DNA of 64,000 bases from Octopus sinensis (taxonomy: Eukaryota): assembly GCF_006345805.1 (NCBI RefSeq), contig NC_043006.1, forward strand, positions 64,232,001-64,296,000. Direction: 5' to 3'. The notes below the pieces were generated by a model that was not told the origin of the DNA, made no database searches, and saw only the letters and a program-made list of their open reading frames with translations. Shown here in pieces: positions 48,898-60,206 of the stretch (position 1 is its first letter; every line of letters starts with the position of its first letter). A program made the position numbers and the translations under genes.

Positions 48898-51118
48898 AGC
48901 TAGATTCTTCCTTTGAAAATTGCTGACGTACCTAAATTTGAAATGATTTCTCTAAACAAGTGAAGAACGGTGGCTTGGCACAACTGTTAGATACATCAGA
49001 TAGATTGTTTTGTGATTGCTGCAGCTCTTTACATTTCTGATTTCAAATCCTACAAAGATCAACTTTGCTTTTCATCCTTCAAGGGTTAATTACATAAAGT
49101 ACCTATTGTCTATTACGGTTGATATTACACTTTTTAAAACTGATCACCTGCTGCCTAGATTGGAAATTCATATTTTAAACTGCTATGGAATGTCCTATTT
49201 TCTAAGTCACAGAAGGGAGATGAATTTTCCAGAAGTCTTTGTTACCAGGACACTTTGTTCTACAGTGTCTCAGTTTCTAATTATTATCATTGTTTAGTAA
49301 ATGAAGGCAGGGAGTTGGCAGAATCGTTAGCATGCCAGGCAGTGTGTAGCAGCATTTTCTCTGTCTTTACATTCTGAGTTCAAATTCTACCAAGGTCAAC
49401 TTCACCATTCGTCCTTTCAGGATGAAAGGCAAAACAAGTACCAGGTGAATATTGGGGTCAATTTAATTGACTTACCACAAAGTTGCTGGCCTTTTGCTAA
49501 AATTTGAAAGCATTATTATTTAGTAAATATTATCCTGTACAGATCATGGTGTCCGTTTATTGAGGTTGGTATGTCTAGAATTATATCATTAACCAGTGGA
49601 TCTTTCATTCTTTAAGGTAGTAGAGTGGGATATGATGGCTGATGTTTCTAGCAGGTCAAAAGGCCATCGAGAGGCTTCTGTATTGGATTGTAGTTGTTCT
49701 AATCATGAAGAAAAGAGGAAGAATTTAACATTTTAGAGTGTTGCCAGTAATTCAAGGCATCAATTTAGTAACATTATGTTGATACTAAACTCTGTGTGTA
49801 TATATTAACTGCACCTAAACGCCCGGTGTTTTAGGGCCGCCGGTGCCACCTTGCACCGGCGACTGCATGCATGCTGGATCAATCTATCCCCCACGGATGA
49901 GGCTATAATTAGTGCCATCAGAGGGAAGGAACCCTTTAGGTCGCTTGAGGCCCGGGTATTCAACACATTAACACCTGCCAACCGAGGTAGGTGAGGGTCT
50001 ATGTACACTTGCGGGACCTCCGGCGCAGGAGTGGCTGTGTGGTAAGTAGCTTGCTTGCCAACCACATGGTTCTAGGTTCAGTCCCACTGCATGGCACCTT
50101 GGCAAGTGACTTCTACTGTAGCATCATGAATTAAGTACCAGTTGCGTACTGGGTCGATTTATTCGACTGCCCCCCTCCCCCCCAAAAAAATTTCGGGCCT
50201 TGTACCTAAAATAGAAACGATTATTACTTCTGAGTGAGTGTTGTGAAGTTACATTAGCTCTACAAAAGAAAAAAGTGTAATTTTCTCTCAATATATTCAC
50301 GTTTAATTGACAAATATATTACACTTAAATAATGCATTAAAATTCCTAAATGAAAGTTATAAATTTCACTATTTCCTAACAAAGAACCATCTACCTAGTC
50401 ACTCACTTTGCTATAAGCAGCAGTTAAATGGCCCTCAAACTACATCCTACCAACTTCAAAGAATAAAAGATATATTGAATATTGTCTTACATGCACTATT
50501 GTGAAAAAAACTAGATGGTCACGACTGGAAAGTCTTTCATTAAATAACAATTAGCAGTACTTCATCTTAAAGGCTTGCTTTAATATTAAATGAACGTGCA
50601 TATATGCTCATTACGCACTGCAAAAAAAAAATCAGTCACTTATTCCTCTGTCCATTAATTACAGGGAGGTAACTCTTTATTACCCCTGATAACTGAGTTT
50701 TCATTTTTATTTTCGGTTGTTCAATAGTGGATATTTTGTATAGCCCGCATGTCTTTCTTCCAGTAGATCTCTTAATCCGTAACTAATCCCAAAGCGAGCC
50801 AACGACAGAGTCCCTACAGGGTCATTCAGTGTGGTAGAAATAGAAAATCTCCCTGAAATTACGCTATATTATTAAAAAAAAAGGAAATTAGACAAGACTG
50901 TAAATTCTAGACAGTCAGCGGGGGAAATGGATGATGAGACTAGAATATGTTTTCTGCTGATCTGATTTGCATGTAAACACCATCACCAATAGTCAGGCCT
51001 TATCAAAGCGAGCCTCAAGAACCGATTGCAGAATACACTGTTACTCACATAGTAAAGAGTAGGAGAGTGTGTGTGTGTATCTATATATATAATGCAAATA
51101 AGTAACAAGGATGTCCAG

Positions 51119-51219
51119 GGATCAATGCCTTACGACCGTTTCAAGCGGATCCATTTAATCGATCAATGAAAACATTAAAACAATTTGAAAGAAACCACTT
51201 TCCTCAGACGTAGATGACC
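51119..51219 (-). ncRNA. Candidate type I hammerhead ribozyme with intact catalytic core (probably a solo Penelope-type terminal repeat)
   Basis: On -: CUGAGGA, stem II AAGUGG/CCGCUU, GAAA, self-complementary stem III ACGGUCGU and cleavage triplet GUA. Stem I is imperfect (GGUCA/UGAUC plus an internal loop). Confidence 0.5.
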
Positions 51220-51357
51220 ATATAGATTTCCAACATAAAGGATAAACCATTTTTACCAAATTTCTATCAATACCAGAAACCAAAATAATTACACTATTTC
51301 CTTATGTTATATTTGTGGCTTGGTACATCAATTCAACTGAATCGTAATTACATATAT

Positions 51358-51652
51358 TTGCTTACGACCCACATGGTTTCAGGTTGAGTTCCACTGCGTA
51401 GCACTTTGGGCAAGTGTCTTCTACTCCAGCCTCGGGCCGACCTAAGCCTTGTGAGAGGTTTTGGTAGACGGAAGCTGAAAGAAGCCCGTTGTATATATAT
51501 GTGTTTAAGTTCTCCGTAACTTGGCGGTTCGGCAAAAGACACCGATAGAATAAGTACTAGGCTTACAAAGAATAAGTCCTGGGGTCGAATTGTTTGACTA
51601 AAGCCGGTGCTCCAGCATGGCCGCAGTCAAATTACCTAAACAAATAAAAGAA
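51358..51652 (+). mobile_element. Family A SINE, 5'-truncated and internally deleted
   Basis: cccacatggtttcaggttgagttccactgcg..ggccgacc..gaaagaagcccg..accgatagaataagtactaggcttacaaag. Confidence 0.8.
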
Positions 51653-52603
51653 TAGGTTCTGGGGTCGATTTGTCCGACTAAAACTCTTGATGACGGTACC
51701 CCGGCATGGTTGCAACCCTGTTACTTGAAAACATAAAATATAGTTGTAGGTTCCACTGTTATGTTGCTGTTTGGCCATAGGCTCAATAACAGCTACAGCA
51801 GGCGTATGATCAAAAGCGTTCCATACCTGACTTACCGTCTTTTTGTATGCGACTTTACTGATTTGAAATAGCTTTTGTTTATGGCTGTCATTTCTAGCAG
51901 GGTAAATAACCTATTATTGCTGAATAAAGAGAGCTGAACTATAACCAAAAAGACAAAATAACGTAATGATTAATTTAAGAGAGATATTTGCAGGACAGAA
52001 GACCACACAGGATCCTTAGAAAATACTCAATAAACAATTATTTCCTATAATGATGCGATATTGTTGAAGAAATCGTTTTAATGGTGACATGTGACTATCT
52101 TTATGCTAATTGTAATTAGGTGAAGTCATTTATTTAAATAATTCTCCCTTTATTCAGCTGAAATTACCCGCAATGCTTGTCTGTATTTTAATAAAATAAA
52201 ACGTGTTTTCACAAGTGACTGGGGTAGATACGAAACAGTGGCCATTTTGATGCCAATTGATGGCTGTAGTTCTACACTTCAGTTATGAAAAGTATTTAAA
52301 TTGTAGATAGTATGAGTATTTATTAAGATTGAAATAGAATTCTATACTTGAAATTGGTGCACACAATTGCCTGTTCAATAATACAGAAATATTAAACAGG
52401 AGATTATATAAATATTTGAGGATGTTCGTCATCGGCTGTCAGTGAATTGCGGTTATTATAGCTAAAACTAGCGAATTCCCTCTCAAGAAATTCGAATAAT
52501 TTATTTTCGTAGTACAATTATCTTTTGGTTATATTAATATTTTCTCAATAAATATGAATTTTCTTTAAGAAGTTACGTAAATATCTTTTTCCGAACAAGA
52601 CTA

Positions 52604-52622
52604 ATGCGACATCTAGTGGTAG
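52604..52622. promoter_or_regulatory. CTCF-like binding motif
   Basis: GCGACATCTAGTGG (52606-52619) versus the CTCF core GCGCC(A/C)(T/C)CT(A/G)GTGG: one mismatch. It lies in a CpG-retaining island between two convergent genes. Confidence 0.4.
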
Positions 52623-53017
52623 TAAAACTTACTATTTTCATATTTTTATTTCAACTTAATCTAAGGGAGATCACCCTGTCTTGACACAAATATGATCCTG
52701 GCATTCAGCGATTCCAACTTGTTACGATTCTGTTAAACTTATGATCAAGCCATTGCTATCTGGTCTCTTTCTATACAGTATGTCTAGGGTTACATTATCC
52801 ATGTCTTGCTTTTTAAAATTATTTGTGTTCAATACGGACTCAAATCTTGTTTCAATATAAAGAGCCATGCAAACGACAAAAAGTCGATTCTGTAAACCAG
52901 TCGTTCTCGGTTTTCTTGACTTATGTCAATTAGATTATTGACACATTTTATTTGGAAAATAAAAAAAGAACAGGGGGACGTATGCACTAGATGATGTAAT
53001 CCTCAGACACACACACA

Positions 53018-53235
53018 TATGAGGTGGGGACTGAAAAAAGTTTCTAGCTTTAGGTAAAAGTAAATACAGGAGGATATGTTGTGATTTCATTCAACAGTCA
53101 CCTCTTAGATTCACACACTTATTACACCAGTCTTTCAGTTTTTCTAAGCTCCTTAAAGAACTCAGAAGGTTGGGCCTCTACCAGGCCTTTGACAATACCC
53201 TTGAAGCCAAGAGCTTTTCAGCCCAAAGGCTCATG
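53018..53235. mobile_element. mariner-derived MITE
   Basis: Left end tatgagg..gactgaaaaaagtttctagc and right end gccaagagcttttcagccc..ctcatg. The internal - strand retains a mariner C-terminal remnant (..CVNLRGD..E). Confidence 0.6.
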
Positions 53236-54665
53236 CCATGCTGGGGTACTGCTAATATCATCACCTTTTAAATTTTTATTCTACTGAAAGCAACTTGCTA
53301 TATTACTCTCAAACATTTGTATTTAGAATCATATTTCTCCTGACATATTATTTCAAAGTTTCTCAGTCCTATCTTAACTTCATCAGTAAAGTCTACGAGT
53401 CAGAGTTCAAAATTGTCTTCTTCAAACAACTTTCTTGGTTTACCTATACTGAGAACCATCTTCAAATATCAAATAAATTACAGCTGTTTCACCAAGCATT
53501 TATGATCACCATAATCTGTTTTCCATGTTGGCATGGGTTGACAGGAGGTGGTAAGGCCAGGAGCTACACTGGCGTCCATTGTCTGTTTTGGCATGGTTCC
53601 TACAACTGGATGTGCTTCCTAACACCAGCTGCTTTACAGAGTGTACTGGGTGCTTTTATGTGTCACCAAGTAACTTGCAAAACAAAAAAAACCCCTGCCT
53701 CAGCTAGGAATGGTAACAGTAATGAAGTGGAGTGGCAGTCTTGTGCTAGTTGATGAGATTAGAGGTTGTAGAGCAGATACATGAATGCTCTACTTGAGAA
53801 AGGAAGGAAGGTGAGTTAGAGATTAAGATAAAGAGAACACTAGAGAGAGAGAGATGGTGAAGATGTGTCAGGACATGGGGGGGGAGAATAAGTGGGATGA
53901 TACAGAGGTTTGGATTGGATGGGTGAGCAGGATAGAGGTAACTGAGGTAAATGGTGAAATTTGAAACCAATTTAATAATCCATTAAGCTTACAGCTATGA
54001 CCATCCTGTCTTTTTCCTATGTTCTGGAAACTCAGGACTACATTATCCAATGTACCCTTTTAACAGAATATCAAAACTAGGCTGTTATTTCTAGCAAGTC
54101 AATCGACCATGTAATAGTTCCATTGTTTGCTTTTTATGGCTGTTTTGTCGTGCTGGGTTGATGGTAATGAGAGTGACGACAACTCAATTCACACAGCTGT
54201 CAACAAGAGTAGGTGCCACATCATCTCAGAATGTGATCTGAAATACTAGCACCCCATTCCATTAGGATTTGTCTTTCATTCATGAATACTGCTACAGAAA
54301 CCCCAGAAATTTGGACACTGAAGCTGATTGTTAATGTATCATCTCATAATACACCAAAAGTGTATATATTCCAACAGACAATGCTTAAACTCTATACTGA
54401 TTTACTTGTTATTTTGATCTTCTACAGACTCTGCCATAACAACACCCACAACATAGATCTTTCAACTTGGTGACCCTTTCTAGGGTAAAATCTGGAACTG
54501 GAAAAAACTGATGACTGCTTATGCCAGAAACAACTTTAAATCAAAATGATAGTTCCTGGATTATTGATTAATATCAACAGCTGCAAGGAAACCTTTCAAG
54601 TTTTAATAGAATTCTATAAATAATAAAATAAAAAACTGTTTTTCTTGTAATTCTTTAATAAAATA

Positions 54666-54816
54666 TTATGAAGCAATGAATTCTTTGGTATTAGTGTGGT
54701 GAAATATCTTCATGTGTTTGTCAGCACCACCAGACAACATAAGTTCAGGAATCGACCAATCCACTGCAAGAATCTTTTCCTCATGACCTGTCATGTTATA
54801 CAGTGGAGCTTTTGGA
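54666..54816 (-). CDS. WDR12: Ribosome biogenesis protein WDR12/Ytm1, terminal coding exon
   Basis: Acceptor ttttttttctAG, phase 2. (S)PKAPLYNMTGHEEKILAVDWSIPELMLSGGADKHMKIF..IAS*, with TAA at 54668-54666. Confidence 0.93.
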
Positions 54817-55828
54817 CTAGAAAAAAAAAACAAACACAAATGTATAAATAAACAACACAAGAATAGACTTTTAACCCTTTAGCATTCAGATATTACTCTG
54901 TCAAATGTTATACTTGTTTATTCAGACTGTTTTGAGACTGCAACGATGTGATTGTTTATTTTAGAAGACATTGTAAGGTAGGTGTGAGAGGCAAGATGTG
55001 ACCAGTTTGAACATAAACTCAGAATATTTGTGCCAGATGTGGCTTGTTTAAAATGCCAAAGGGTTAAAATAAATTATGTTAAAGGTTTGAATTATAAGAA
55101 AAGAAAGAAACAAACTGGGAGTAGAATGAGGTGTTCTTTTTCTAACTAATATTCATGCTTTTTAACCTTTCTGTATAGCAGTTACTTGGCATCCATCATA
55201 GACAGGGATGGTCACCATATCTCTTATTTGTTTCACACACAGGATTGCAACTATGCCAGGGTACCGTTTTCAAGGGTTTAGTTGAACAGAATGACTGCAG
55301 TACTTATTTTAAAGTCTGGTATGTATTTTATCAGTCTCTTTTGCTGAACCTCTAGGTTACTGAGACATAAATAAGTGGGGAGCAGGAACAAACGCAGAGA
55401 TACACACGTGTATGTCCATACATGACAGGCTTCCATACAGTTTCTGTCATCTAAATTCCCTCACAAGGCATTGATTGGCCCACGGCTTATAGCAGAGGAC
55501 AAATGTCCAAGATGCTGCACGAGGCTTTGCAACCAAAACCACATGGTTGTAAAGTGAGCTTCTTAACCACACAACCAGGCCTGAAACCACTGAGCACCTT
55601 TAATTGAGAACATTAACCTTACAACAATAAAAGACATTTGGGTCTTAAGTTCCTAATTTCCATTACATAATTGTCCTAAAGGATAATGGAATAATGAATA
55701 AAGTATTGAGATTAACGACTGATGTGTTGTAGGTCAGCTAATGGATAATGATGTGAAAATTGCTGAACTTGTGCCAAAATAATGGATGGGGCTTTGTAGC
55801 AATATAGATATACTCATTTTGTACTCAC

Positions 55829-55961
55829 CTTCGTACGTCCCACAGTTTTAATAGCATGTCATATGAACCTGAGATGAAGTGGTTTTCACTGTTGGGTGAC
55901 CAGCATACACTGGACACCCACCCTCGATGGGAAGAGAAACTGTTCTTGACTATTGCACCCT
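55829..55961 (-). CDS. WDR12: WDR12 exon (133 nt)
   Basis: tctgcAG..GTgagt. (E)GAIVKNSFSSHRGWVSSVCWSPNSENHFISGSYDMLLKLWDVR; phase 1 in, phase 2 out. Confidence 0.93.
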
Positions 55962-56331
55962 CTGCAGACAAGAAAATAACAGAAATTGGCACACTTAAAC
56001 AGAAAATGACATCATCATGCTTTTGCACACACCCTCAAACTTGAAGATAGCTCGATAGAGAGTTACACACACTCGAATATGAAGAGAGAGTTTTACACAT
56101 TCAAAAAAACTAATGAAAGAACATACATATATATCTTTGCTGTCCACACAGACCACAACAAATATCTCATATCTCCCACTCTACAACCGACAATATCTCA
56201 TACTATCATAGCCTAAAAGAAATGGTGCATTTCACATTTTACTACCCAAATCACACATCCTAAAAATGTCACACCTGCATTTTGCAGTTCACAGCTCACT
56301 TCAAAATAAATGTGAATCATTGACTGATATA

Positions 56332-56373
<42 letters not shown>

Positions 56374-56388
56374 GGAAAGGCAACAAAC

Positions 56389-56494
56389 CATTTGTTCTAT
56401 GGTCCCAGAGTCGAATGTGTCGATCAGCAGATCCTGTGATAATCAATTGGTTCAGTGGAGAATAAGCAAGATCGAGGAAGACTTTTGATCCTTG
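56389..56494 (-). CDS. WDR12: WDR12 exon (106 nt)
   Basis: tctttgcAG..GTttgt. QGSKVFLDLAYSPLNQLIITGSADRHIRLWDHRTN; phase 0 in, phase 1 out. Confidence 0.92.
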
Positions 56495-57529
56495 CTGCAA
56501 AGATAATGGTGAGAATAACATGTTGACATGCACTGGATATGATGGCGGCAGAGCAGAGTGACAGAGTTCTTTCAAATGAAAAATACAGATGAGAAGAGAG
56601 AATGTGTGTGTGTGTGTGTAAACTGGCTTTACTTTTGTTGAGGAAACACTTTTCATGGTTGTCATTTTGTTTCTACTAAAATAGGATGTTGAAGCTTAGG
56701 TAAAAAAGATTTGTGCTGCATCCCCATCCTTGCAGCCTCTCAATACAGTATAGATACTCATTCTGTTCTCACCTTCGTACGTCCCACAGTTTTAATAGCA
56801 TGTGTCTGTCTGCCACCATTGCTTGATAACTGGGGATGTTGGTGTGTTTATATCCCTGTAACTTAGCAAAGGAGACTGACAGAATAAGTTCCAGACTTTA
56901 AAGTATGGAGATTAACGACTTATGTGTTGTAGGTCAGCTAATGAATAATGATGTGAAAAATACTGGACTTGTGCCAAAATAATGGATCCTTAAGAAGTCT
57001 GGTGGACTCCCATTCTCTTTCTAGGAGTATGATGTTGGAATTCCTGCTCTTCTCGATAATAGTCTCACATGAATAACTAAATACATTCTCTCTTGTTGGC
57101 ACCGCAAGCTCTCGCTCATGGCACACAGCCACATATTTACAAAGACAGACCTACAAACTAAAGTATTTCATTTTGTCTCATGCAGAAAGACAGTTTCCCC
57201 TTGACTCCACAGAAGGAAACATATAAATCCATTTTGAGGGGGGCAGGTGAAGACAACTTGTCTTAACACCAGGGAAAGGAACACTCAACCCCTTTTTACC
57301 AATGAGAGTGAGAGATACAAAGAACTGACTTCTATTTATTTACACAAGAGAAAGGGAGAGAGTATGTGCTTTAGTACCAGTCATCTCTTGGCCACAGAGA
57401 ACTAGACAGATGTCCCTTTTGGGTGAAGTGCTGACACTCTTCTATTCACTGAACAATCATGAACTCCCTCATATCTAAATTCCTTCAAATAGCAAGCATA
57501 AACTATTAGCATACAAATCTTTTATTTTT

Positions 57530-58175
57530 TGCTTGTTTCAGTTATTAGACCATGGTCATGGTGGAGCACTCCCTTCAAGAAATACTCCAGTACCTTTTTT
57601 TAAAGCCTGGTACTTATTCTATCAGTCTCCTTTGCTAAGTTATGGGATATAAACACACCAACACCCACAGTTATCAAGCAGTGGTGGCAGAAAACAGACA
57701 CACACACACACACACACATATATTACCTGCGTCGCCTTACTGGCACTTGTGCTGATGGCACATGAAAAAACATACAAGTAAACTCGTTGCCAGTGCTGCT
57801 GGACTGGCTCCTGTGTAGGTGGCATAAAAAGCACTATTTGAGTGTGGCTGTTGCCAGTACCGCCTGACTGGCCCACTCTTGGAGTGGTTGGCGTTAGGAA
57901 GGACATCAGCTATAGAAACTCTGTCAGATCAGATTAGAGTCTGGTGCAGCCATCTGGTTCGCCAGTCCTCAGTCCAACCCATGCTAGCATGGAAAGTGGA
58001 CATTAAACAATGATTGATGATATATATATATATGACAGGCTTCTTTCAGTTTCTGTCAACCAAATCCTCTCACAAGGCTTTGTTTGACCCAAGGCTATAG
58101 TAAAAGCCACTTGCTCAAGGTACCGTGGGACTGAACCTGGAACCATGTGGTTGAGAAGCAAGCTCCTTACCATGC
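57530..58175. mobile_element. Family A SINE (-) split by a family B insertion (+)
   Basis: A tail 57530-57720, B ~57725-58020 ending in a gat tail, A head ~58022-58175. Confidence 0.75.
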
Positions 58176-58262
58176 CTGCACTTATAAAAAACTAAATATC
58201 TTCAATAAATAAGAAAAATAAAATAAATTTAAAATCAAAAAGGGAAAGCAAATAAATGTTAC

Positions 58263-58403
58263 CATTGTAGTTAAAGATTCAGCTCTTTCCAGATCCCAAA
58301 TCTTCATTGTGTGGTCCCATGATGCAGTACAGATTTGATTACGGTCCACCCAACACAGTGATGATATTCCCTCTGAGTGACCAGCCAGTGTTAGCAGGGG
58401 AAC
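58263..58403 (-). CDS. WDR12: WDR12 exon (141 nt)
   Basis: ctttcattAG..GTaaca. VPLLTLAGHSEGISSLCWVDRNQICTASWDHTMKIWDLERAESLTTM; phase 0/0. Not annotated in this frame in the supplied ORF track. Confidence 0.92.
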
Positions 58404-59994
58404 CTAATGAAAGAAAATAATAATAATAATAATAATGAATATTTTTGATATAGGCGAAAGGCCAAGACTTTTGAGGAGCGGAGACAAACTGATAAAACTG
58501 ACCCCAGAACTTAACAAGTAGACCATTAGGTGACTTTGGAGGGATGAAAAGCAAAGACAACTTCAACAGGATTTGAACTCAGAACACAAAGAGCCAGAAA
58601 AAAAAACTATAAAGCATTTTTCTAATGGTCTTATTCTGCCAATCTATCCCAATAATAACTTTTTCTACTCAAGGCACGAAATTTTGGGGGAGGAAGCCAG
58701 TCGACTAGATCAACCCCAGTACACAACTGGTACTTAATTTATCGACCCCGAAAGAATGAAAGGCAAAGTCAACCGTGGCAGAATTTGAACTCAGAACATA
58801 AAAGGAGACGAAATACCACTAAGCATTTCGCCCAGCATGCTAACGTTTCTGCTAGCTCACCGCCTATCACAATCAAGTGGAAATTGCAGCTGTGGTCCTT
58901 GTGCCGGTGGCACATAAAAAGCACCATCCGAACATTGTCGATATCAGCTCCCTCGCCCTGAATGGCTCTGTGGTGATGACACATAAAAAGCACCATCAGA
59001 ACATGGCTGATGTCAGCACTGCCTTGACCGGCTACCGTGTCGGTGGCACATAAAAGCACCATCCGATCGTGGTTGATGCTAGCCCCTCTCTGGTCCCTGT
59101 GCTGGTGGCATGTAAAAATCACCCACTACACTCTCGTAGTGGTTGGTATTAGGAAGGGCATCCAGCTGTAGATAACCATGCCAAATCAGACTGGTGCCTG
59201 CTGCAGCCTCTTGGCTTTCCAGACCCCAGTTGAACCGTCCAACCCATGCCAGCATGGAAAACAGACGTTAAACAATGATGATGGTAAGAAAGATGGGCTA
59301 TAGCAAATATTCTGCTCAATACCACAGATTTGCTTCTCAGTTATTTGACCGTAACCAATTGAGCATGTCCCTTAGTGGCTGACAATATGTGCATCTCTGA
59401 TCAAGAGCAGAAGTAGTGGGGGAGCATCATAGTCACTTGTTGAGAGGAATTCTTTGGAGTTTGAATAATTCACCACTGGAAACATGGGTGTTTCATACAA
59501 CATCTTTAAACGATCCTTATTCAGGGATTTTTTCAGCAGATTGGGCTACTCGACCTGAAGAAAATTCTAACTGGGCTCCACCTGCAAGGTCATGCGCTGT
59601 TTATCTTGATATGAGATCACCATGTCGCACACATGGTTGTGATACATGTGCCCAGTGTACCCTTATCAGATGGGTATATTGGGTTTCGTATATCTCATGG
59701 TTGTGATACATGTGCCTGGTGTACCCTTATCAGATGAGTATACTGGGCTTCATATAATAATAATAAATGTTTTTGATATCGGCAAAAGGCCAAGACTTTT
59801 GAGGAGAGGGGACAAACTGACCCCAGTACTTAACAAGTAGACCATTAAGTGACCCTGGAGGAATGAAATGCAAAGACAACTTCAACAGGATTTGAATTCA
59901 GAACACAAAGAGCCAGAAAAAAAAAACTGTAAAGCATTTTTCTAATGGTCTTATTCCGCCAATCCATTTCACTAGTAGTAATAATAATAATAAT

Positions 59995-60206
59995 GGGAAC
60001 AGTGAGCAAAAATCTCAAGAAGTGGAAGAAATAGGGGCTGCACTAAGGGTGGAGCACTTGAAGAAAACAGCACTGTTTGGAACTGCTCGAATACTCCGGA
60101 TGGTGCTCAAAAAATAAGGGGCGTTTCCTTAGTTTACTGGTAGTGAACAGCTGACACCGTAGTACATCTCCAGCATTAGAAGCTGTGTAAAGGCAATAAT
60201 AATAAT
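59995..60206 (+). mobile_element. 5'-truncated R4/Dong-like non-LTR retrotransposon 3' end in a (TAA)n run
   Basis: GTVSKNLKKW / EEIGAALRVEHLKKTALFGTARILRMVLKK* matches the C-terminal QK.ALLGTARILR.VL motif of R4/Dong-type ORFs. (AAT)n on both sides. Confidence 0.65.
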
